Virus record (IMG/VR): IMGVR_UViG_3300010367_000012
Location: 84,856 to 112,476 of that record
Strand: one strand, 5' to 3'
DNA length: 27,621 nt
Source of the DNA: a virus
Part shown: one piece after another, positions 1 through 8,106 of the stretch
Numbering within the stretch: the first letter of the stretch is position 1
How the letters are laid out: each line of letters starts with the position of its first letter
Position numbers and translations under genes: made by a program
Notes under the pieces: generated by a model
What the model was told of the DNA's origin: nothing
Seen by the model: only the letters and a program-made list of their open reading frames with translations
Database searches by the model: none

Positions 1-162
1 GCTGGTGTTGGTTCACACGCTGGTATTACCTTCGGAGATATCCACGTCAACCTTCCGTCTACATATTCTGGTACCGCACAAGATGCCAAGAATGTGGGTA
101 AGATGATTACCGATGCAATTGATGAGCAGCTTCGTATTAAGAATCTACAGATTGGACAGTAA
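1..162 (+). CDS. C-terminal fragment of a probable tape measure protein (5' truncated)
   Basis: Frame 1 is open from base 1 (AGVGSHAGITFGDIHVNLP...EQLRIKNLQIGQ*), and its TAA at 160-162 overlaps the next ATG. The product call rests on position immediately upstream of the baseplate genes. Confidence 0.55.
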   Translation, partial: AGVGSHAGITFGDIHVNLPSTYSGTAQDAKNVGKMITDAIDEQLRIKNLQIGQ

Positions 163-959
163 TGGCTAAGAAACTACCATCAGAGCCAATCTCTGGAAGC
201 CTATTCCCCGTAATCAAGGGGAAGCCAGGAAACGTAGTCTTCCAGAATCCACCATTCCACCCAAACATCCTTGCGGTTGGTGGAGCGAACAAAGCGATTA
301 ACCCGCCTGGTAGAGATGACTACAACCCTGGTGCAGGTACTAAGAACTTCCACCGTGGAATTATGATGGCTGGTCACGGAGCTGTAGACGCTTCTAAAGA
401 TCCGTATCAGTACAGAGTTAATTTCCTGTACAACCCTTCCACCATTCAGGAGACTCGTTCCATTGATCTCAATGCTGGACAGCTTCCTTCATATGCGAGA
501 AGCACAGACGATCCTGGTTCATACGCAACTGCGCTGAATACAGCAGTCAACTTCTCTCTTCTATTCGATAGAACATATGAGATGTGGGATAAGAGTTATG
601 GAGAAACACTTGCTGGAACATTCGGAGTAAGAGTAGACGTAGAAGCTTTCTATAACCTTATGGGAATCAACTACTTCGTAGATCAGTCTGAGGTAACCGG
701 ATCAGCTCCATCTTCTATCAACTTCACTGGACCTGCTAAGACTACAGTTCAGGGTCCTATGCAGATGGTACCTACTCAGTTGATCTTCGGTAACAACTCT
801 GTTGGAGCCCTTCAGTACTTTGGTTATGTGTCTACATTCGACGTTACATATACTCACTTTACTCAGCAGATGGTTCCTGTTCGTTGTGCAATTAACGTGA
901 ACTTCACAGCACTTCCATATCAGACATCGAATACATCTACTACTAAGAACAATGGCTAA
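162..959 (+). CDS. tail tube initiator / baseplate hub-associated protein (CIS tube-protein-like)
   Basis: 265 aa. Motifs FLYNPSTI, FSLLFDRT and F.GYVSTFDVTYTHFT..MVP.RC.INV.F resemble contractile-system tube-initiator proteins. It sits between the tape measure and LysM genes. Confidence 0.65.
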   Translation: MAKKLPSEPISGSLFPVIKGKPGNVVFQNPPFHPNILAVGGANKAINPPGRDDYNPGAGTKNFHRGIMMAGHGAVDASKDPYQYRVNFLYNPSTIQETRSIDLNAGQLPSYARSTDDPGSYATALNTAVNFSLLFDRTYEMWDKSYGETLAGTFGVRVDVEAFYNLMGINYFVDQSEVTGSAPSSINFTGPAKTTVQGPMQMVPTQLIFGNNSVGALQYFGYVSTFDVTYTHFTQQMVPVRCAINVNFTALPYQTSNTSTTKNNG

Positions 960-968
960 GGAGAGATT

Positions 969-1250
969 ATGACTATCAGCATCTACAGCAGATACGCAGA
1001 TAATATTCTTATTCCTGTCAAGGATTCAAAGGCTATTACTCGATCTACTATCGTTATCAATCCTCCTAGTAATCCAGCTACCTATAGCATTAGCACCTAC
1101 ACTTGGCAGGTTGGTGATCAGATTGATTACCTAGCCTACTCAGCTTATGGTGATGAGACTCAGTGGTGGCGTATAGCCAATGCGAATCCAGAGATCCTGT
1201 TCTGGAATGACGTGGCCCCAGGGGCTCAGATAAGAGTGCCTAGTGCTTAA
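969..1250 (+). CDS. LysM-domain baseplate protein (P2 gpX / T4 gp53-like)
   Basis: 93 aa. YTWQVGDQIDYLAYSAYGDETQWWRIANANP...PGAQIRVP is a LysM/Tail_X pattern. SD AAGGAG upstream. Confidence 0.85.
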   Translation: MTISIYSRYADNILIPVKDSKAITRSTIVINPPSNPATYSISTYTWQVGDQIDYLAYSAYGDETQWWRIANANPEILFWNDVAPGAQIRVPSA

Positions 1251-2478
1251 TCCAGCTCCGTCATATCCATATTTCGATGTGTATATAGGAGGGTCTGATC
1301 AGCTCTCCTATTACACACCTTGTGTAAAGATTCTTCAGAAGACAAATACACATACGATTGCCCTACTAGATGTTGTATATGTAGGTAGTAATTTGAATTC
1401 CACAAGCAGTGCTTCTCTAAGAAAGTGGAGCTACCTAAAGGAATCAACACCTATTCAGATCAACTATGGTCAGCGTCCTAACTATGTCTATTCATTTCTG
1501 GGCTACGTGTCTTCTTATAAGCTGATCCGTACAGGCTCAGACGCTGGTTACAACGGCCTGACAACCTCTACCGTGCAGTACACCATCACTGGTGTCTCTC
1601 AGGTTATGCAGTCCACTAAGAACACAGCATGGAAGCACACGAGCCCATCTACTATCGCGGGAAACATCGCGGTACAGAATGGGCTCCGTGGAATTATTCA
1701 CACCTATCAGTCAGCCATTGACTATCGTCTACAGAACACCAGTGACTTCAAGTTCCTGGCTCAGCTTGCAGATGAAATTGGCTACAGATTCTATGTGGAT
1801 AATACTGATATGTATTTCATTAATCCTAAGCAAATTCTGGATAGAGGGAATACTAGAAATGTCCCAACGTTCTGGTCTCAGAATCAGCCAGGACTTTGGG
1901 ACACTGTCAGATCATTCAAGCCTGTCGTAGGTACGATTACACCTGATGGTGGAATTGTGGCCAACAGAAATGTTGTTGGACTGAATCCAACTACCAGTCA
2001 GATCACTCAGGCATCCATGCAAGCTAGCGCTACTGACATAGCGGGTAGACCACTAGCTGACTACATCGATAAGTACTACACAGCAGCACCAGCCGAGTCT
2101 TACTACGAGGCTTCACAAAAGGTACTGGCCGATTCTCTTAGAAATGTCTACTGGAATACAGCGGACACAACGCTAAGAGGAGATGCAAGAATTCGTCCTA
2201 ATACTCTGGTGAATCTTACTGGTCAGGCTCTGCCTTCAGATGATGGTGGTCTATGGCTAGTGGAAAGTGCTTGTCACTACATCACTAAGCCACCTCCATC
2301 AGGAAACAAGTATGCAGCAGAATACCTTACAGACGCTGTTCTAGTAAGGGATCATATCTATACTGCAAAGGTAGATCCGATTTCAGAAACACAGAATATT
2401 ACAGCAAAGGTTCCTGCTAAGCTTGTAGGAAAGAAATGGGTCTCAACGAATCTAGGAGCGACGGTATATGCAACCTAA
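1243..2478 (+). CDS. baseplate hub protein (P2 gpD / T4 gp27 / VgrG N-terminal-like)
   Basis: 411 aa. QNTSDFKFLAQLADEIGYRFYVD and LRGDARIRPNTLVNL...GLWLVESACH are typical gpD/gp27-like motifs. Synteny agrees. Confidence 0.8.
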   Translation: MLNPAPSYPYFDVYIGGSDQLSYYTPCVKILQKTNTHTIALLDVVYVGSNLNSTSSASLRKWSYLKESTPIQINYGQRPNYVYSFLGYVSSYKLIRTGSDAGYNGLTTSTVQYTITGVSQVMQSTKNTAWKHTSPSTIAGNIAVQNGLRGIIHTYQSAIDYRLQNTSDFKFLAQLADEIGYRFYVDNTDMYFINPKQILDRGNTRNVPTFWSQNQPGLWDTVRSFKPVVGTITPDGGIVANRNVVGLNPTTSQITQASMQASATDIAGRPLADYIDKYYTAAPAESYYEASQKVLADSLRNVYWNTADTTLRGDARIRPNTLVNLTGQALPSDDGGLWLVESACHYITKPPPSGNKYAAEYLTDAVLVRDHIYTAKVDPISETQNITAKVPAKLVGKKWVSTNLGATVYAT

Positions 2479-3079
2479 GTATGATGCTATCTACCGTGCT
2501 CTTGTCACCTCTACTGCGGACGCTACCAACTCAGGAAAGATCAGAGTTCAGTGTCCGCAGATAGCGGGACTAGCAGAGATCAGAGCAGCCGAACCAGTTA
2601 ATCCGACTCAGCCTGTTCCTAAAGTAGGAACTACTATCTGGATTATGTTCAGCGGTGGAGATATTACTAAGCCTGCTTACTTTGGTAATTCCATTTGGAA
2701 TTCTAACTTCCTTATTCAGGACTGGACTAACTTCACGCTAGTCAGCGGTTTCACTGGTAATGGAAATAACAATGGAACTCCGCAGTTCCAGGTGGTAAAT
2801 GAATATGGTTCTCTGAAGGTAAACCTACAGGGTGGTATTAATATTACTTATCCGGGTGGAAGTATTGCAAACAGCGGAACTTGGTGTACTACCAATACCG
2901 GTGCGGGAATGCCTAACACTCTGCGCACTCTTCCTGGTGCCTGTTCTGCTGCATCTAGCACGGTCAACTCAGTAAAGATTGACTTCAGAACAGATGGAAC
3001 CTGTGCCATCGTAGGTACAAACTCCACAACTAATCAACCGCCCTGGGCTTCTATCAACGGAATAAGCTACTACATTTAA
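2468..3079 (+). CDS. baseplate central spike (gpV/gp5 OB-fold) with receptor-binding-like C-terminal domain
   Basis: The N-terminal YRALVTSTAD...GKIRVQCP...PKVGTTIWIMFSGGDITKPAYFG is the gp5/gpV OB-fold signature. It lies between the hub and gp25 genes. Confidence 0.8.
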   Translation: MQPKYDAIYRALVTSTADATNSGKIRVQCPQIAGLAEIRAAEPVNPTQPVPKVGTTIWIMFSGGDITKPAYFGNSIWNSNFLIQDWTNFTLVSGFTGNGNNNGTPQFQVVNEYGSLKVNLQGGINITYPGGSIANSGTWCTTNTGAGMPNTLRTLPGACSAASSTVNSVKIDFRTDGTCAIVGTNSTTNQPPWASINGISYYI

Positions 3080-3092
3080 TGGGATAATAAAT

Positions 3093-3512
3093 ATGGGTTC
3101 ACAAATAAGCATCCCGTTTACCGTTCTAGAAAATGGTTCGGTAGCGGTAGAAACTGATAATGACATTCAAGTCTCTCAGCGCATTGACGCTATTGTTTCC
3201 ACTGAAATAGGACAGCGTGCTATGAGAGCAAAGATGGGACTTCCTCTGTCCAGACTTCTCTTCGATACTAGTAGTACCTTCGTAGCTGTTGAAATGAAAG
3301 AACTAGTTACTCAGCAGTTAAACGCATACGAGCCTGATATTGAGGTAGTATCTGTAGAGCCAAATACCGATCAGGCAAATAACGGAGTGGCCTCTGTGAA
3401 CGTAAACTATCGACCAATCATTAGCGCAGCCACTACAAGCGCTGTTGCTAATACAGTTACAGTACTTGTTGGTGGAACAGTAAAGGAAGGAGCCGTAAGT
3501 GGCAACAGTTAA
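3093..3512 (+). CDS. baseplate wedge protein, gp25/gpW family
   Basis: 139 aa with ISIPF...IVSTEIGQRAMR...G...LLFD...YEPDIEV, the gp25/GPW pattern. Confidence 0.85.
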   Translation: MGSQISIPFTVLENGSVAVETDNDIQVSQRIDAIVSTEIGQRAMRAKMGLPLSRLLFDTSSTFVAVEMKELVTQQLNAYEPDIEVVSVEPNTDQANNGVASVNVNYRPIISAATTSAVANTVTVLVGGTVKEGAVSGNS

Positions 3513-5025
3513 TGGCGTACCTGCTATCGACTACACGAGCAAGGACTACACCGGATTCATTACTTCCATGCTGGACTTTGCTAAGACAGCATTTCCAGAA
3601 TGGACTAATCAGAATCCTGGCTCACTTGAAGTAATGCTTCTAGAATCTCTTGCTCGTGAGCTAGACGTTCTTTCTTACTACGGTGACCGTATTGTTTCTG
3701 AAGCATACATCGGTACCGCTACTCAGCTATCTTCTGTTATCCAGTTGGCTGAGCTTCTGGGATACACCCCAGGACAGGCTCTAGCAGCCACAGGAACGGT
3801 TACTTTCCAGACTGCCACATCCTCTGGCTCTGTGTCTATTCCGCTCGCTACACAGGTAACTACGAATTACATCTCAAGCCTGAATGGTCCAATCGTATTT
3901 GAAACTACTCAGGCTGCAACAGTTCCAGGGAATGCGGGAACAGTAGTTGTTCCAGTTATTCAGGGCGTAACACAAGGGTCTGCTGTCTTTACCATCGGTA
4001 ACTCAACAGCTACACCTTTCTCTATTACTACAGAGTTGATCGGAACCTCTGATGGTTCTGATCTACAGACATTTAGTCTGGCTAACAATCCTGTGGTGAG
4101 TGGTTCTATCACTGTCTACGTACAGAACCCTGCCTTCGGAACTACAAGCGGACAAGATCCAATCCTTCCATGGAATCAGGTGCAGTCTCTTCAGCAGTCT
4201 GGTTCATCTGATCTAGCCTGGTCTCAGACAGTAGACGCTAATGGCGTTGTCACTGTCCACTTCGGTGATGGACTTAACGGAGCCGTTCCGCCTGCTGGTC
4301 TGAACATCTATGCGAACTATCGTGTTGGTGGAGGAACTGTAGGTAATCTTGCAGCGAACTCTATTACTGATATTGCCTCTGCAATTACAGGCGTTACTAT
4401 CACAGCTTCCTCTTCTACTTCAGGTGGAACAGCGGCTGAGACTATTGATCAGATCAGAACTAATGCGCCTCGTGCATTCACTACTCAGCAAAGAGCAGTT
4501 ACATTAGCTGACTATGGTAATCTGGCTATGTCTTTGCCAGTTGTTTCACAAGCAAATGCTGTAGCGAATACCTACACCAACATCACGGTATACGTTACTG
4601 GTCAAGGAAATACTGTTCCAACACAGGCAACGCTGGACACTGTGACAGCTTACCTACAGCCACTGTCTCTAGCTGGAACAGTCGTGACCTGTACAGCAGC
4701 AACGCTTGTACCGATCAACGTAGGCTCTGGTGGAAGCCCTGTGCTTATTGGTTGTAGCTCTCGCTACAGTCCAACATCAATTCAGATTCAGGCTGTACAG
4801 GCTATTCAGAATCTGTTCGCTCCAGCTAATACACAGCTTGGTGGACGAGTAACACTCAGTTCCGTCTACTCTGCTCTCTACGCCATCCCTGGTGTTCAGT
4901 ACATTAATATTCCGCTGTTCGTCAGAAGCGATGCCACACAGTCTGGTGCGGCTGATATTCTTATGCGAAACTTTGAATTGCCTACCGCAGGAAATATCAT
5001 CGTTACTGTAACGGCAACTACATAA
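3499..5025 (+). CDS. baseplate J-like wedge protein
   Basis: 508 aa with IDYTSKDY, PEWT...PG.LLE, LAELLGY.P, FGDG.NG..PP, YRVGGG..GN and RAVT.ADY. These are characteristic of long baseplate-J proteins of actinobacterial myophages and CIS. Confidence 0.9.
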   Translation: MATVNGVPAIDYTSKDYTGFITSMLDFAKTAFPEWTNQNPGSLEVMLLESLARELDVLSYYGDRIVSEAYIGTATQLSSVIQLAELLGYTPGQALAATGTVTFQTATSSGSVSIPLATQVTTNYISSLNGPIVFETTQAATVPGNAGTVVVPVIQGVTQGSAVFTIGNSTATPFSITTELIGTSDGSDLQTFSLANNPVVSGSITVYVQNPAFGTTSGQDPILPWNQVQSLQQSGSSDLAWSQTVDANGVVTVHFGDGLNGAVPPAGLNIYANYRVGGGTVGNLAANSITDIASAITGVTITASSSTSGGTAAETIDQIRTNAPRAFTTQQRAVTLADYGNLAMSLPVVSQANAVANTYTNITVYVTGQGNTVPTQATLDTVTAYLQPLSLAGTVVTCTAATLVPINVGSGGSPVLIGCSSRYSPTSIQIQAVQAIQNLFAPANTQLGGRVTLSSVYSALYAIPGVQYINIPLFVRSDATQSGAADILMRNFELPTAGNIIVTVTATT

Positions 5026-5031
5026 GGAGAA

Positions 5032-5703
5032 ATGATGGTAGCGGTTTATCCAGCAGCTATTAAGAATTTTGCATACAGACAGGACTACACAGAGCTGGTA
5101 GAGGCTGCGGATGTTAACGTTTCATACGATGAGATCCGTGCGCTACAGACTACTCTGGGAACTAATCCCCAGCAAGAAACAATTGACGGAACACTGAAGA
5201 AGTATTCAAGTGTGAGTTCTCGTATATCTACAGTACGAAGAGGACTAGAGAATCCTTATGTAGGTGTAGCCGCACATGACATTCATGTTCCATTTAACAA
5301 TGACTACATCCCTGCCTGGACATCCAAGGTAATGGACACACATGGAATGTGGAATGGTAGCTCTAATCTCACATGTAAGCGAGATGGAATCTATCACTTC
5401 GACTTCTATATCAGATGGCACAAGGACAGCGTAGTTACTGCGAACCTTCTACCAGAGTTTGACCGTAGTGGAAAGCTACAGCTAGAGGCGCAGTTCACTG
5501 GTTCCTCAGCCTTCCTGACATGTCAGACAGACTTCTTCCCACAGGGATTCAAGGACTTCGCACGTCAGTCATGTTCCATCACATTCCCATGGTATAAAAA
5601 CAATACTCTTTACCTTCGTGCATACCAGAGTTGTTATAAGGCAGGAACACTTATTGCGACGGTATATGCTACTATCGCATATCTAAGAGACCTACCATCA
5701 TAA
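5032..5703 (+). CDS. minor tail / short fibre protein with a C1q/TNF-like C-terminal domain
   Basis: 223 aa. The N-terminal anchor-like segment (YP..I..F...D....V.A.DVN...DEI.ALQ..LG) is followed by a beta-rich domain (DTHGMW...LTCKRDGIYHFDFYIRW). SD AAGGAG. Confidence 0.55.
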   Translation: MMVAVYPAAIKNFAYRQDYTELVEAADVNVSYDEIRALQTTLGTNPQQETIDGTLKKYSSVSSRISTVRRGLENPYVGVAAHDIHVPFNNDYIPAWTSKVMDTHGMWNGSSNLTCKRDGIYHFDFYIRWHKDSVVTANLLPEFDRSGKLQLEAQFTGSSAFLTCQTDFFPQGFKDFARQSCSITFPWYKNNTLYLRAYQSCYKAGTLIATVYATIAYLRDLPS

Positions 5704-5715
5704 TCAGGAGTTTAA

Positions 5716-8106
5716 ATGAGCCAAGGATATGGCGTTGATATTTATGGTTTGGCGTACTATGGATACTCTCAGCCACAAGATTACAGCGTAGCTCCTTTCG
5801 TTGCTAAGCAGTCAAACTATGGAGACATCGTTCTATCCTGGGCTTCTCCTAATACAACTTCCTGGAAGCAGCTACGACTAGTTAGAAGTACATACGGTTA
5901 TCCTAATCATCCTGAAGACGGAACTACCCTTACTACTATCTATCCAGCAACAATCGTCAGAACGTACGATGACCCTCAGCTTGATGCTGGGGTCATCTAT
6001 TACTACGCTATGTTCCTCTCTGTTGAGGCTCCTGCGTGGAGTTCTGGAAGTACCTACGCGCTGAATGCTCAGGTACTGTACAACGGTCTTTACTGGAGCA
6101 GTCTCCAGAATGGAAACACAAACCACACACCCGCTGCTGGTTCAGCTTACTGGACGTCTTCCAGTTACATCCCAACATGGTATCCCGCTGGATATGCAGC
6201 CACACTAGCCTTGGGTAACCAGGGTTATACAAGCTTGCTGTACAACAGAACGCCACAGCCATACAAGTCCAACACTTCAGATACGTTTTCTAACAGTGAA
6301 GTAGAGAATCAGTCTCTTTACAATTACGAATCTCTATTCGGATTCGGATTGGATATGATCAAGGCTGAGTATGATTCATACCTGAATCTCAGTGATGTGG
6401 ATCTAGTTTCTGCTACACATCTGGATATCCTAGGTCAGCAGCTTGGAATCAATACAGATTATCTGTCTACTCCACAGCAAAGAAGACAGCGTATTAAGAA
6501 TGCTGCGGTTAACTATCGCATCAAGGGTGAGACACAGAGTATTCATAACCTTATCGCTGAGCTAGCAGGCTGGGACTCGTCAATTACCTATGCTCCTAAC
6601 CTGTACAACAGCGCTGATCAGACAGCCTTCGTGCACCCACAGAACGATGCATGGAATGCGAATACTACTTACTTCGTAGGTCAGAAAGTTCTGTACAACG
6701 GATATCAGTACAACAACACCACACAGTCAAAGGGACAGGCTCAGGCTCCTACTGGAACCACTGCCTCTAACACATGGTGGTCTGCTGCTCAAATCTATAT
6801 CCTTGACAACACAGTCAACAAGAATCCGCAGACAGGTTCATACTCTACTTGGGGATTCACTGGAGTCAGCGGAACTACTGGAAGCATGGAAGGTGTACGT
6901 ACAGGTCTACCACACCCAACAGATACGACTATCAATAACTGGAATGCCCTGTCCTCTAGAGCTACCAATAACCCTGGTAACAGCTTCTACAATCTGGATT
7001 CCACATTCAAGTTGAATACTCCTGCGTATTCTTCTGGTACTAACTACGTAATCAATAACTACGTTCTGTACACAGACGGATATTACTACCAGGCATTGAA
7101 GCCTTCTGGCCCTGGTACACCTTATGGAGCTAAGACACCTGGAACAGACCAGAACTTCTGGAAGCCGTTCTACTACACCACTTCTGATACTCCTAACATT
7201 GTTCGTGATGGTATTCCTATTCAACAGCTACCTGTATGGAATACATCTACCACTTACAACATTGGTGACTACGTTCAGTACCAGGGAATTAAGTATCTGT
7301 GTACCAATAACAATGTGAACTCTGCTCCAACAGGTTATTACTACTCAAATGCTAACTGGGTATTCATTTCACCTTCTCAGAGAACAGTGGTTACCTCTTC
7401 TTACTGGGCTCGTAAGGTAAACGATGCTGGAGCAAATACAACAGTTACCCCTTACTTGTACTTCTACGACAAAAAGGGCAACCTGATCAACAACACGTCA
7501 TCTAACTACTCAGGCTACAACGTAGGCTCAGAGGGCGTACTAGCTCGTCTAGTGGACGACTATCCAAACATGGCAGGATCTACCGAGACGTCTCTAGCGA
7601 ACGCTCAGACGGACGGTACGCTTGCTTCAAGCACATGGGTGACTGTACCTTCAACGTCAGGAATCTGGCGTACCAGTTATGGAATGGCTTCTGTTGATCA
7701 GACAATCGCTGGAACAACAACATATGTCTATTCCACAGTTGACTGCGGTACTCCTTCTGGTCGTTTTGGAATGACATTCGTTACTGATTACGTAGACACA
7801 GCGCATAAGACTCATGGTCTTATCTTTGCTAGGATTGATTCAAACAATTTCTACTACGTAACACGTACAAGTTTGCGTCAGGTAGTCGCTGGAGTTGACA
7901 GCCTTCTAGCTTCATGGACACGTCTGCAAAATGGAGACCGTATCCTTGTTGATGCGGATACAGATATTGATGTGTTTAAGTACAAGCGCACTGGTGATGG
8001 TGCTCTAACTCGTATCGCTCACTCTGTTGGTACAGGACCAGGCGATACAGGAATTGTTGGTCGAGCCGGTTTCATTCAGAAGTATTCAGCATCAGGAGCA
8101 CTATAA
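5716..8106 (+). CDS. baseplate wedge / tail protein with a P2 gpI-like domain and four CBM5/12-like repeats
   Basis: 796 aa. It has an FN3-like N-terminus, a gpI-like segment (LDILGQQLG...RRQRIKNA..NYRIKG...I...IAELAGW) and four (W/Y)....Y....V.Y.G..Y...P....W repeats. Confidence 0.75.
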   Translation: MSQGYGVDIYGLAYYGYSQPQDYSVAPFVAKQSNYGDIVLSWASPNTTSWKQLRLVRSTYGYPNHPEDGTTLTTIYPATIVRTYDDPQLDAGVIYYYAMFLSVEAPAWSSGSTYALNAQVLYNGLYWSSLQNGNTNHTPAAGSAYWTSSSYIPTWYPAGYAATLALGNQGYTSLLYNRTPQPYKSNTSDTFSNSEVENQSLYNYESLFGFGLDMIKAEYDSYLNLSDVDLVSATHLDILGQQLGINTDYLSTPQQRRQRIKNAAVNYRIKGETQSIHNLIAELAGWDSSITYAPNLYNSADQTAFVHPQNDAWNANTTYFVGQKVLYNGYQYNNTTQSKGQAQAPTGTTASNTWWSAAQIYILDNTVNKNPQTGSYSTWGFTGVSGTTGSMEGVRTGLPHPTDTTINNWNALSSRATNNPGNSFYNLDSTFKLNTPAYSSGTNYVINNYVLYTDGYYYQALKPSGPGTPYGAKTPGTDQNFWKPFYYTTSDTPNIVRDGIPIQQLPVWNTSTTYNIGDYVQYQGIKYLCTNNNVNSAPTGYYYSNANWVFISPSQRTVVTSSYWARKVNDAGANTTVTPYLYFYDKKGNLINNTSSNYSGYNVGSEGVLARLVDDYPNMAGSTETSLANAQTDGTLASSTWVTVPSTSGIWRTSYGMASVDQTIAGTTTYVYSTVDCGTPSGRFGMTFVTDYVDTAHKTHGLIFARIDSNNFYYVTRTSLRQVVAGVDSLLASWTRLQNGDRILVDADTDIDVFKYKRTGDGALTRIAHSVGTGPGDTGIVGRAGFIQKYSASGAL

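Noticed and set aside
162-5025. Bacterial extracellular contractile injection system (eCIS) or tailocin locus
   Set aside because: The baseplate genes are CIS-like but are contiguous with a full phage replication module and dense small phage ORFs, with no host genes.
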